DNA of 64,000 bases, taken from positions 87,174-151,173 of the forward strand of contig DISH01000004.1 in NCBI GenBank assembly GCA_002421665.1, written 5' to 3'. This DNA is from Candidatus Omnitrophica bacterium UBA6215. Its GTDB lineage: Bacteria > Omnitrophota > Gorgyraeia > Pluralincolimonadales > Pluralincolimonadaceae. Positions 48,491 to 57,427 of the stretch are shown here, one piece after another; the first letter of the stretch is position 1; each line of letters begins with the position of its first letter. The notes under the pieces were generated by a model. It did no database searches. It was not told where the DNA came from and worked only from the letters and a program-made list of their open reading frames with translations. A program made the translations under genes and the position numbers.

Positions 48491-49600
48491 ATGAAAATTA
48501 TCCATATAGTAAGACAATTTTACCCATGTATTGGCGGAGTTGAAAATTATATTTACAATTTGTCGAAAACACAGCTTGCGGCTGGGAACGATGTTACGGT
48601 TTTAACTCTAAACAAGAATCTTTGCACTAAAGAGGATCTCTCTGATAACGAAATAATAGAAGGAATTAAGATTAAGAGGATACCATTTACGGGCAGCAAA
48701 AGATATCCAATCGCTTTATCGAGCGTTACTAATTTAGACGGTTGTGACATTGTTAACATTCATTGTGTTGATTCTTTTATTGATTATCTAGGAATTTTAA
48801 AACCGTTTCATAAAAAACGAATTATTCTTAGCACACACGGAGGTTATTTCCATACAAAATGGCTTAAAATCCTTAAGCAGGTATATTTTTATACGGTCAC
48901 AAGAATAATTTTGTATAGTTGTGACAAAATTATAGCAAACAGTAATAGTGATCATATTTTATTTAAAAAAATCAGTAATAATGTAGTAAGAGTTGATAAT
49001 GGCGTGGAAGTAGAAGCATTTAGTTCAGTTAGCAAGAATATAGAGTTCGGTTATCTTTTATACATTGGTAGATTGGATTCCCACAAGCGTATTGATAATT
49101 TAGTCCGTACGATCCCTTTTTTGCTAAAAAAGAATATTAATGTTAAATTGGGAATCATAGGACCAGATTGGAATGATACAAGGAAGGGGTTAGAACATAT
49201 AGCCAAGGGTTTAGGTATTAAAAATTCAATAAATTTTATGGGGAGCTTGAGCAGGGATAATCTGCTTAATGAGTTGTCTAAAGCTCATTTGTTTGTTTCC
49301 GCATCTGAATATGAAGGATTTGGAATTTCAGCGATTGAAGCAATGGCTTCTGGAACACCCTGTGTTTTAAATGATATTGCGTCATTCAGGGATTTCATTG
49401 CTACTTCAAAAGCTGGTGCGCTTGTCAATTTCAATGATCATGAACAAGCTGCGCGGGCCATATCGAATATTATATGCATGGATAAAATTAACTATGATCT
49501 AATGGCATTAAATGCTAAAAAGAAGGCAAAAGAATATTCCTGGGAAACGGTTGGTAAGGCGGTGATGAAAGTATATGAGGATGTTTTATATCAAAAATGA
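48491..49600 (+). CDS. Family 4 (GT-B) glycosyltransferase
   Basis: EGFGISAIEAMASGTPCVLNDIASFRDFI motif. 369 aa. Confidence 0.8.
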   Translation: MKIIHIVRQFYPCIGGVENYIYNLSKTQLAAGNDVTVLTLNKNLCTKEDLSDNEIIEGIKIKRIPFTGSKRYPIALSSVTNLDGCDIVNIHCVDSFIDYLGILKPFHKKRIILSTHGGYFHTKWLKILKQVYFYTVTRIILYSCDKIIANSNSDHILFKKISNNVVRVDNGVEVEAFSSVSKNIEFGYLLYIGRLDSHKRIDNLVRTIPFLLKKNINVKLGIIGPDWNDTRKGLEHIAKGLGIKNSINFMGSLSRDNLLNELSKAHLFVSASEYEGFGISAIEAMASGTPCVLNDIASFRDFIATSKAGALVNFNDHEQAARAISNIICMDKINYDLMALNAKKKAKEYSWETVGKAVMKVYEDVLYQK

Positions 49601-50334
49601 TACTATTCGGAATTGAATATGAAAATATCAGTAAGGCTGTTGCTTTGGAGAAAATATTCGGCCTGCTAAGCACTTCTTCTAAATCATCCGTCTATTTCTT
49701 AAATGCAGATTGTCTCAATATTTCTCTTAGGGATGGGCAGTATAGAGATATTCTTAAATCAGCAAGTTTAGTATTGCCCGATGGAATTGGACTTAAAATT
49801 GCTACTAAAATATTTGGCGGTAAGATGGAAGAAGATTGTAATGGGACAGACCTCAGCCCTTTGATAATGGGAAAAGCAGCAAAGGATGAATATAGAATTT
49901 ATTTGCTGGGGGGAAGAGAGGGAGTAGCTGAAAAGGCCGCCAAAAATATTAGTAAACAGATCGCGGGTATTAAAATCGTAGGCACTAATTCAGGTTATTT
50001 TAGCGAAGACAGCGAAATAATTAGTGATATTAATAATTCAGGGGCTGATATTCTTTTTGTTGCGATGGGTGTGCCATTACAGGAAAAATGGATTGCTAAA
50101 CACAGACAAGATCTGAATCCTCGTTTATGTTTGGGGGTTGGAGCCCTTTTTGATTATCTTTCAGGAAGGATACCGCGCGCGCCGATATTTATGCGTAAAA
50201 TTCATCTTGAGTGGTTGTGGCGGATATTTATAGAACCCAAGAGGATGTTCAAAAGGTATATTATCGAAGGCGCAAAATTATTCTGGTGCATTTTGAAGTA
50301 TAGACTTACTGCAAAGTGTTCTGAATTAAAATAG
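49597..50334 (+). CDS. WecB/TagA/CpsF-family glycosyltransferase (GT26, UDP-ManNAc/ManNAcA transferase-like)
   Basis: LPDGIGL...YLLGGREGVAEKAAKNI...KIVGTNSGYF...ILFVAMGVPLQEKWI matches the WecG/TagA family. 245 aa. Confidence 0.8.
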   Translation: MILFGIEYENISKAVALEKIFGLLSTSSKSSVYFLNADCLNISLRDGQYRDILKSASLVLPDGIGLKIATKIFGGKMEEDCNGTDLSPLIMGKAAKDEYRIYLLGGREGVAEKAAKNISKQIAGIKIVGTNSGYFSEDSEIISDINNSGADILFVAMGVPLQEKWIAKHRQDLNPRLCLGVGALFDYLSGRIPRAPIFMRKIHLEWLWRIFIEPKRMFKRYIIEGAKLFWCILKYRLTAKCSELK

Positions 50335-51751
50335 GCGAAGTTCCCCACTCGTATTTTCCGGAAGTACTCCAGCCGCTTCCTGTATTTTTAATTTGACGTA
50401 CGATAGGTATTGCGGGGTTATCTCCTTCAAGAAATATCCTGCTTCCATAAGAGCATAATATTAACTGTTGGGAATTAGCGCTAATTTCGAAATAATTTTG
50501 TATATAGTTAAAGCAATCTTTTGATTCCCACCCTCTTCCAAAATCAAACTGGAACAACCCGTCCCAATCTTCCTGCCTGGCTGTCTTGGCGAGCAGGGTA
50601 GGGGTTTCATAAGCGTATGGGTTTGGATAGCAATGGTTCCACTCGCTTATGACATAGGGCATATTCTTCGGCGCGCGTTTCTTGAACTCGCCTATTATCC
50701 CGAGGTTTTTGTCCGCCAGCAAAGACTTATTATGCATACGGAAATCATTCATGTCCCATGATTTATTCGGGAATTTCGGATGGTCCCAGTAGCCGTGCTT
50801 GTCAACATAATCAAGGCATTCCCGCTGAAGCTCCAACTGCTTGTCGTTCCAATGGCCGCCTATTCCAATAGGGACTTTGACCCCTACCTTATTCCTTAAA
50901 TAGTCCCTCATATCGAAAAGATAACGTTTCTCAAGGTCTGGCAAAGGGATCTTGCCGTTATCCGATAGGGTCTTTAATTCGTTTTGGTAATATTCGGGTA
51001 ACTTGGAAGGGTTAAGTTCGACAAGGGTGTTTTCGTTATTTATCTCGACCAGGCAAACAGCCGGGTCATCGCAATAGCGCAGCTTTGTGTATGGGTTCAG
51101 GTGCGTCAGGAGGTCCTTCGAATACTGTTTCTGGAGCTCTATAATGCGCGCGTCGAACAATGAGACGGGCTTGGCGGCCATGCCGAGTTTTTCGGCGTCC
51201 CTGACGCCGTCGGCCTCGGTAAAGAAACGCGAGACGAGGGTGTTGATATTTACATAAATGCCGCGTTGTTTGAGCTGGTAGATAAGATAATCGAGCTTGT
51301 CTAATTGGCGCGGGCTAAGGTGCCCGGTAGGTTTCAACTGCTTGTTCTTGTAAGCCGGGGCGGTGTCCTCAAATATCCCGTTCGGCTCAAAGAAATAATC
51401 CATATGGTGCAGGCGCACAGCATTGAACCCGAAATACGCGATGCGGTTCGCCATTACCTCGGCGTCTTTGTGCTCGGGGAAGCACGCACCGAAGCAGAGA
51501 TTCGTTCCCCAGAAGCGCGCGCGGGTACCGTCCTCGAAATAAAAATGGCCGTCCTTGACTTTCACGAAGCCATGCTTGCCCGCGGGAGGGTCCAGGACGT
51601 CTTTGCCAGCGTTGAACGCCGTTGCCGGGATACCCATGTAATCCGGCGCCTTCGCCGGGTCGGCGGGGAAGTAGTAGGGGAACCAACCCTCTTCGGCGTG
51701 TGCCGTGCCTGACAAAAATATAAGTACAAGCAAAAACAGGAACTTTTTCAT
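50306..51751 (-). CDS. Secreted TIM-barrel glycoside hydrolase-like protein (GH5-like)
   Basis: Signal peptide MKKFLFLLVLIFLSGTAHA. Motifs FNAVRLHHMD, VEINNEN (candidate acid/base) and ISEWN (candidate nucleophile). It is GC-rich, unlike its neighbours, and convergent with the cassette. Confidence 0.5.
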   Translation of the reverse strand: MKKFLFLLVLIFLSGTAHAEEGWFPYYFPADPAKAPDYMGIPATAFNAGKDVLDPPAGKHGFVKVKDGHFYFEDGTRARFWGTNLCFGACFPEHKDAEVMANRIAYFGFNAVRLHHMDYFFEPNGIFEDTAPAYKNKQLKPTGHLSPRQLDKLDYLIYQLKQRGIYVNINTLVSRFFTEADGVRDAEKLGMAAKPVSLFDARIIELQKQYSKDLLTHLNPYTKLRYCDDPAVCLVEINNENTLVELNPSKLPEYYQNELKTLSDNGKIPLPDLEKRYLFDMRDYLRNKVGVKVPIGIGGHWNDKQLELQRECLDYVDKHGYWDHPKFPNKSWDMNDFRMHNKSLLADKNLGIIGEFKKRAPKNMPYVISEWNHCYPNPYAYETPTLLAKTARQEDWDGLFQFDFGRGWESKDCFNYIQNYFEISANSQQLILCSYGSRIFLEGDNPAIPIVRQIKNTGSGWSTSGKYEWGTSPILIQNTLQ

Positions 51752-51889
51752 ATTAAGATTATATCACGTAAAAATAATATAGATGAAAGAAAATCGTATT
51801 AAAATTGACAATGCCGGAAGTAGATGTCATAATTTCATTAAGCTGTTTTGTAGTTTTAAAGTGAAAAGGGGCATGGGTAAAAATCCAAA

Positions 51890-52942
51890 ATGAAAATTAT
51901 TAATTCCGATATCTATGATAATACGAATTGGATCTGGTACCTTAAAGGCTGTGCCATATTAGGTATAGTTCTATTTCATTGGTTTTCTTATTATTTAAGC
52001 GAAACGTGTGTATTTGCGGTTAATTTCGGAGGGCAGGGAGTACATGTATTTATTATTTTAAGCGCGTTTGGTATTTATTTATCATATGAAAAATCACATC
52101 CTAAGTGGGGTATCTGGTGCCGCAAACGTTTTTTCAAAATAATATTACCTTATTATTCCTCCATATTACTTGTAGTTTTCTCAATATTGATATTTGGTGT
52201 AGTTTCCGGTAATGTTGGAAGATATTTAGGAATGTCAGGTCTCAGCATAGGATCCTTGGTTGCCTCAGTTTTACTATATAGAGCGTTTATAGATAAGTAT
52301 GTATTGATAATTAATTCCCCGTGGTGGTTTATCGTTACGATCTTGGAGTTATACCTGATTTTCCCATTGTTATATCGTTGCTTTAAGAAATATGGTTGGA
52401 TGATTATATTGGGTTCCTTGGTCATAACGGTAGGTTATGAAGTGTATTACGCTGTTATCTTAATGTCGGATAGCGTTGTATATAGCAAATTCTTTTTAGC
52501 GTTTCTTTTTGAGTATACCAGCGGGATAATTCTGGCGGACATTTATATAAACAGGATCGCTGTTTTTAAGAAAATTACCATAGGGCTTGTTCCGTTTATG
52601 TTTGGTTTGCTTATGGAGATGATTGGGATAATCCTAGCTTTCCATGGGCCAAAAGGCAGAGCTTTTAACGATGTTTTTAATTCTGTAGGATATTTTTTGA
52701 TTTTAATAAATATAGTTAATTATTTATGCAAATATAAAATTATAACCCGTTCCTTTTATTGGCTGGGTAGATATTCTTTATCGATATTCCTTGTCCATGC
52801 TCCTTACATATACTTGATATATAACAATTACAGAAATGGCGGTATTAAAAGTAGCTTGGTATATTTACCCGGTTATTTGATCGTCGTGGGCTCCATTTCA
52901 TATATATTTCAGAAATGTCTGTCAAAATATAGCAATGTTTGA
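51890..52942 (+). CDS. Acyltransferase family 3 membrane protein (OafA/WecH-like O-acetyltransferase), low-GC
   Basis: N-terminal NWIWYLKGCAILGIVLFHW, the Acyl_transf_3 hallmark, and 10 TM segments. 350 aa. Confidence 0.75.
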   Translation: MKIINSDIYDNTNWIWYLKGCAILGIVLFHWFSYYLSETCVFAVNFGGQGVHVFIILSAFGIYLSYEKSHPKWGIWCRKRFFKIILPYYSSILLVVFSILIFGVVSGNVGRYLGMSGLSIGSLVASVLLYRAFIDKYVLIINSPWWFIVTILELYLIFPLLYRCFKKYGWMIILGSLVITVGYEVYYAVILMSDSVVYSKFFLAFLFEYTSGIILADIYINRIAVFKKITIGLVPFMFGLLMEMIGIILAFHGPKGRAFNDVFNSVGYFLILINIVNYLCKYKIITRSFYWLGRYSLSIFLVHAPYIYLIYNNYRNGGIKSSLVYLPGYLIVVGSISYIFQKCLSKYSNV

Positions 52943-53182
52943 TTGTAATTATTTTTAAATAAGGATAAGGAAAGCGAGCGGGGTCTTTAAGTTTGACCCA
53001 GTGATCGTTAAGAGCATCACAAAACTGGGAACAGGGGAGAAGGCGTCCTAAGGGTCCCGCAATGGCGTTGCTTAAAGTAGCTGAAGCCGCGCCGGACGCA
53101 GTGACGAAGGCGTTAAATAGTTGGAAGAAAATTCTTCCTCAGGTGTCCATAAATTCTACCCTAAAAAGACAAAATATTTCAT

Positions 53183-53210
53183 TTGACTTTTTCGGCATTT
53201 TTGGTAAAAT
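53183..53210 (+). promoter_or_regulatory. Candidate sigma70 promoter (TTGACT-16-TAAAAT) for the PEP-CTERM gene array
   Basis: TTGACT at 53183-53188, a 16-nt spacer and TAAAAT at 53205-53210. This is about 110 nt upstream of the first PEP-CTERM gene. Confidence 0.45.
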
Positions 53211-53321
53211 TATCACAATGCATTGATGTGCACCCGCCTGTTAAAATTCCAATGACGGAATAGGTTTTTTGGTACAGATATGTCTTGTAATTTCACTGCC
53301 TTACAAAACAGGAGCAGCAAG

Positions 53322-53810
53322 ATGTTGAAGTCATTTATTACTTTAGCCGCGGTAATGGTGTTTTTGTTCTCTTTTAACGCCGCCCGCGCCGATTTCGAGG
53401 TGCACATAGTTGATTCTCTCGGCGAGAACGTGAATTTTCGTGACGGGGATACTTTTCAGTTGAGCGAGACCCCGTATTTGTATTTCAATGTGCCGGATTT
53501 CAATCCCGCGTGGCAATATATAACCTTTACCGGTTCTTACTGGCAGGACCCGGAGAATGCTTTAACCGCTACTTTACCGGTAAGCCCGAATAGCGACGGC
53601 GATGTTTGGGTAACTCTTGATTGGGATTCGATATCAAAGACCGCGGGTTTGTGGAATGTTTCAGGCTGGTACGCGGCGCCAAGCGGCGCTGTGGGGAGCG
53701 ATTCAACCACTTTCAGTTATGCCGCTGTCCCGGAACCCGTGGCTATGGTGTTGTTCATAACCGGAGGTTCGGTATTGATGGCTCGCAGGATGAGAAGGGG
53801 CAGGAAATAA
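53322..53810 (+). CDS. PEP-CTERM sorting-domain secreted protein 1
   Basis: An AGGAG RBS precedes the ATG at 53322. Signal peptide MLKSFITLAAVMVFLFSFNAARA. C-terminus AAVPEPVAMVLFITGGSVLMARRMRRGRK. Confidence 0.8.
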   Translation: MLKSFITLAAVMVFLFSFNAARADFEVHIVDSLGENVNFRDGDTFQLSETPYLYFNVPDFNPAWQYITFTGSYWQDPENALTATLPVSPNSDGDVWVTLDWDSISKTAGLWNVSGWYAAPSGAVGSDSTTFSYAAVPEPVAMVLFITGGSVLMARRMRRGRK

Positions 53811-54511
53811 TGAAAAAGGTACTTATATTAGCTTCTATTATATTGATGGTTTCCGCGGCGGCTTCGGCCGACGTGGTCAGTTTTGTATGGAACTCAAGCG
53901 GCGACACCATACAGGGCGTTGACGGCGACACCTCGTGGTGGTCGAGCGGTGACAATATGGTGAACCTCGGAAGTTATTATTTGAACCTCCTTGGCGGCAG
54001 CGCCCAGGCGGTCGGCTATGACGGGACGAGCAACGGCTGGCTTACCCAGCGCGGAACCCGCGGCCTTGGTATCTACGGCAGTGAGAACGACGAAATAGAC
54101 AGCTACGATAAGGTCGAGAAGCTTATCATCAATTTTGACGCCCCTGTTTACCTTGATTCTTTCCAGGTCAGGTCGCTTTATTATGAATCAAGCCTTTTGA
54201 CGAACGGAGATCACAAAGAGAGGGGTATAGCGAATTTCTATCTTGACGGGACGAGCATATATACCCAGAACTTGGTCGGCGTGGAGAACATCAATGCCGG
54301 CGGCGACGGTATAGTGGATTATTCATACAGCGAACCCTTGCTTATCGATAAGATAGTCTTCAACGTGCCTTCATGCAAGTGGTATACCTACCAGAGCGAG
54401 TTTTCGGTCGCTAAGATGGATGTTTCTACGGTCCCGGAACCGGTAAGCACGACATTATTCATACTTGGCGGGACCACGCTTCTTGTCCGCCGCATCCGCA
54501 GGAGAAAGTAA
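53810..54511 (+). CDS. PEP-CTERM sorting-domain secreted protein 2
   Basis: Start MKKVLILASIILMVSAAASA (the ATG overlaps the upstream stop). C-terminus VPEPVSTTLFILGGTTLLVRRIRRRK. Confidence 0.8.
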   Translation: MKKVLILASIILMVSAAASADVVSFVWNSSGDTIQGVDGDTSWWSSGDNMVNLGSYYLNLLGGSAQAVGYDGTSNGWLTQRGTRGLGIYGSENDEIDSYDKVEKLIINFDAPVYLDSFQVRSLYYESSLLTNGDHKERGIANFYLDGTSIYTQNLVGVENINAGGDGIVDYSYSEPLLIDKIVFNVPSCKWYTYQSEFSVAKMDVSTVPEPVSTTLFILGGTTLLVRRIRRRK

Positions 54512-54514
54512 AAA

Positions 54515-55222
54515 GTGAAGAGACTCATATTCGCGGTAATAGTAAGTCTGCTTGTTTGCCCCGCGGTTTTCGCGGACGTTGTTTTTAGCGATGATTTCAG
54601 CGCCGACACCATCGGCACCCTGTGGACGGTGAATGTTTCCGGCGCGAATAACTATGCCGGGATATCGTCGGATGGTTACGTGACATACAGCCTCGTCAAC
54701 AGCGGATACGCTTACCTCTATTCTTCGTCCTTCGCGGCAACAGGCGATATATCATTTTCCGGCCAGGTTTTTGCCGGCAGCTATACGTCTTACCCGGCGA
54801 TCACGCAGTCGAGCGAGATAGCGATATTCAACAGTTCCGACTCTTCAAAGTATTATAAGGTTTCCTATGAAGCGGGCTCCAATACGCTTCGTTTTGTGGA
54901 CAGCGGCACCCTGGTAGACGAGATCTCCTGGGCCGACCAGCCGTCCTTTAACTGGAAAGATTATTCATTGCAGTTCAACGGCTCCGAGTGGGCTTTTTAC
55001 CAGGGCGGGTCTTCGGTATGGTCGCGTGCCAGTTCCACGATGGACGGCGTCGGCTCGTACTTCCTGGGCATCGGGGCGTCGGATGTTTGCTCCAACAATA
55101 ATTTTACCCTGTTTGATAATGTCTCGGTCACGGCTAACACCGTGCCGGAGCCTGTAAGCACCACGCTGTTCATACTTGGCGGTTCGGTGCTGGCGCTAAG
55201 ACGTCTGCGCCGCAGGAAATAG
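54515..55222 (+). CDS. PEP-CTERM sorting-domain secreted protein 3
   Basis: GTG start. Signal peptide MKRLIFAVIVSLLVCPAVFA. C-terminus VPEPVSTTLFILGGSVLALRRLRRRK. Confidence 0.8.
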   Translation: MKRLIFAVIVSLLVCPAVFADVVFSDDFSADTIGTLWTVNVSGANNYAGISSDGYVTYSLVNSGYAYLYSSSFAATGDISFSGQVFAGSYTSYPAITQSSEIAIFNSSDSSKYYKVSYEAGSNTLRFVDSGTLVDEISWADQPSFNWKDYSLQFNGSEWAFYQGGSSVWSRASSTMDGVGSYFLGIGASDVCSNNNFTLFDNVSVTANTVPEPVSTTLFILGGSVLALRRLRRRK

Positions 55223-55259
55223 ATTTCGGGCGAGAGAAAACAATTAGGGGGATGGGAAG

Positions 55260-55844
55260 ATGAAATACTTTGTGTTTGCGGTGTTGTTTGTGGCGCTTGC
55301 CGCGGCGCCGGTATTCGCCGATGAAGCGAACATGGTGTATAACCCGGGATTCGAGATGGCCCTTAACGGCTGGGGCACCGGCGGAAGCGGGGTTTGGCTG
55401 GGTGCCGACGGGCAGGCCAGTGCCAACGCGGCCTATGCGTGGATCGGCGGGTACGGCTGGCAGGATATCACGATAACCGACCCGTTGCAGGCATTGAAGA
55501 TAAGCGGTTGGGTTTCCGACAGTTCGGATGATAAGCTCGGGACCGGCGGTTATGTTTCGTTCCGCCTTGAGTTCAAGGATGATGATGGCAACATACTCAA
55601 CGAATGGGATTCCGATAAGATCTACGGGACCGGCCTTGGATTGAGTTGGACGGAGCTTTCGGGTATCGCCACTCCCGGTTCGGGTGTTGCGAAAGCGACG
55701 CTTGTCTGGGAGACCCAGGGAAGCGGCAACGGGACGGGCAAGTTCGATAATTTCAGCGTTAGCGCGGTTCCGGAGCCTGTCAGCACGGCCTTTTTCCTTT
55801 TGGGCGGCGTGACTCTCTTGGCAAGGCGGCTGCGCAGGAAGTAG
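55260..55844 (+). CDS. PEP-CTERM sorting-domain secreted protein 4
   Basis: Signal peptide MKYFVFAVLFVALAAAPVFA. C-terminus AVPEPVSTAFFLLGGVTLLARRLRRK. Confidence 0.8.
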   Translation: MKYFVFAVLFVALAAAPVFADEANMVYNPGFEMALNGWGTGGSGVWLGADGQASANAAYAWIGGYGWQDITITDPLQALKISGWVSDSSDDKLGTGGYVSFRLEFKDDDGNILNEWDSDKIYGTGLGLSWTELSGIATPGSGVAKATLVWETQGSGNGTGKFDNFSVSAVPEPVSTAFFLLGGVTLLARRLRRK

Positions 55845-56513
55845 CTATTTTCCGAACAGGTATTCCGCTTGTTCGGGAGAGAGGCCGCGGGAAAGGTCTT
55901 TAACGAAGTCGCGGGCGAGGCGGAGGGAGACCTCCGAATTTCCGACGCGCGTAGGGATATCAAGCCGGACCATGAGTCCGGCTTTTTTCTTGTGCAGTAT
56001 CGATGACCAGAGTTCTATCATCTTCTGTTCCGTCCAGCCGACGATCTTTTTGTCGATGCATATCCAGTAGACCATAGTAAGCCCGTCTCCGCCTTTTTCC
56101 ATATAAAGCGCGTGGGCCATGAATTTCTTTCCGCCCGCGTCGAGTTCCAAGTCCTCAAGCTCGGTTATCTTGTATCCGGAACTTCCGTAACAGACCTTGG
56201 GGTTGTGGAAGTTGCCCGCGTCGAGGACAAGCATCAGCAGTCGCTCGCCGAGATAATTGACGTATGCCCTCGCGAAGACATCGCCGACGAAATTGTATAC
56301 TTCCTGGTCCTTCATCTTCGACTTCATGCTGCCGGAGACGTCTATGCTTTGCCAGTCCTTCATCTCCGCGGGGATATTTACCTGCAAGAGCGTGTCCGCG
56401 CCCCGGTATTTCCATTTAGGCAGGGCGAACGCTATCACCATCGCCGCGATCACCAGCATGCATACAATTAGGGGACGTGCCGCTTTGGGACGTGCCCTTA
56501 CAGGACAAGTCAT
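55845..56513 (-). CDS. EpsI-family exosortase-associated protein
   Basis: One N-terminal TM segment plus a periplasmic domain with the EpsI motif FHNPKVCYGSSGYK. It lies directly downstream of the exosortase gene. The first 18 codons of the ORF translate repeat copy (d). The internal ATG at 56459 (MLVIAAMVIAF...) is the more likely start. Confidence 0.8.
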   Translation of the reverse strand: MTCPVRARPKAARPLIVCMLVIAAMVIAFALPKWKYRGADTLLQVNIPAEMKDWQSIDVSGSMKSKMKDQEVYNFVGDVFARAYVNYLGERLLMLVLDAGNFHNPKVCYGSSGYKITELEDLELDAGGKKFMAHALYMEKGGDGLTMVYWICIDKKIVGWTEQKMIELWSSILHKKKAGLMVRLDIPTRVGNSEVSLRLARDFVKDLSRGLSPEQAEYLFGK

Positions 56514-56526
56514 TTTGGGACGGACC
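56471..56526 (+). repeat. Dispersed repeat family copy (d), degenerate tandem: GGGGACGTGCCGCTTTGGGACGTGCCC...TTTTGGGACGGACC
   Basis: It shares GGGGACGTGCCG(C/T)TTTGGGAC with copy (a), followed by further GGGAC units. It lies at the exosortase/EpsI junction. Confidence 0.6.
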
Positions 56527-57367
56527 TCACTTTATTCCTGTCTTCGGCCTTCTCGAGCAGGAACTCCAGGATGAGCAGACCGACGATCATTATCACGAAT
56601 ATCACCCCGCCGCTGAAATAATGGAAGAATCCCTGCGCGATCTCCTCGCCCTTGTAAAATGTCAGCAGGCAGAGGGTGATGACGCGGATGAGGTTTCCAA
56701 GGAGCGCCAGCGGGATTATCGCCGCGACCAGGATGATCTTCTTCCAGATGGAACCCTTTATCACGTAAACGTAGAATATGCCGAGAGAGAACATCGTGAT
56801 GAGCGACCGGAATCCGCTGCACGGCGCGCCCATGAAGATCTCGTGTCCGCCGAGGTAGATCATCAACCCTTCCCGGCTGACAGGGTAATGCAGGGCGTTG
56901 AGTATCGCGACCGCGGCCACCGATATGCCGTGGCGCATCGGTATGGTTATGGCGTCGAGGACGCCCAGCGGAGGCGGTACCATCAAAAGCAGGTAGAGTA
57001 TCGGGAAAGAGAGGGCCTTTGCTGCCGGGCCGCCGTATAAATATATTATTACCCCGAAAAGCAGGGGGATCGCCGAGATCGTGGTTATAAAAAGGAAATC
57101 GAGTTTCCATCCGAAGACGAACATTATCAGGCCGAGGACGATGAGCGAGGGGGCGAATACGTTAACGGCTGCGTTCAAGGGTTTATTTTCGAGTAACCTG
57201 TCCCTAAGTGACACGTCCCCTATTTTTTTCCAGACGAGGAAGAGCGAGAGGGGGAGGATGAAGTAGGCGTGGGTGTAATCGATCATCTCCCAACGCGACC
57301 TGTATAGCTGGTAGATGACCGGCGAGTAAAGGGCGCAGACCAGTCCCCAGACGACCCAGTTTAACAT
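56510..57367 (-). CDS. Exosortase (EpsH/Xrt family transpeptidase)
   Basis: A 285-aa polytopic protein. The N-terminal motif is YRSRWEMIDYTHAYFILPLSLFLVWKK (exosortase N-region). The catalytic-Cys motif is EIFMGAPCSGFRSL and the conserved Arg is in LGNLIRV. The stop overlaps the EpsI start. Confidence 0.85.
   Translation of the reverse strand: MLNWVVWGLVCALYSPVIYQLYRSRWEMIDYTHAYFILPLSLFLVWKKIGDVSLRDRLLENKPLNAAVNVFAPSLIVLGLIMFVFGWKLDFLFITTISAIPLLFGVIIYLYGGPAAKALSFPILYLLLMVPPPLGVLDAITIPMRHGISVAAVAILNALHYPVSREGLMIYLGGHEIFMGAPCSGFRSLITMFSLGIFYVYVIKGSIWKKIILVAAIIPLALLGNLIRVITLCLLTFYKGEEIAQGFFHYFSGGVIFVIMIVGLLILEFLLEKAEDRNKVRSVPK
57193..57220 (-). repeat. Dispersed repeat family copy (e), embedded in-frame in the exosortase CDS
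   Basis: The + strand reads GTAACCTGTCCCTAAGTGACACGTCCCC. Its reverse complement encodes GDVSLRDRL (exosortase residues 50-58), immediately after the first TM helix. Confidence 0.7.
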
Positions 57368-57427
57368 GGGGACATTATACCAGATAATAAAGTGTTGTGT
57401 CCCGATAATTATTTGATATAATACGGA

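Noticed and set aside
52943-53321. Possible c-di-GMP or other riboswitch in the long leader upstream of the PEP-CTERM array
   Set aside because: I could not find the GEMM-I/II hallmark segments or any other Rfam-like consensus by eye. It is kept only as a generic structured-leader candidate in the findings.
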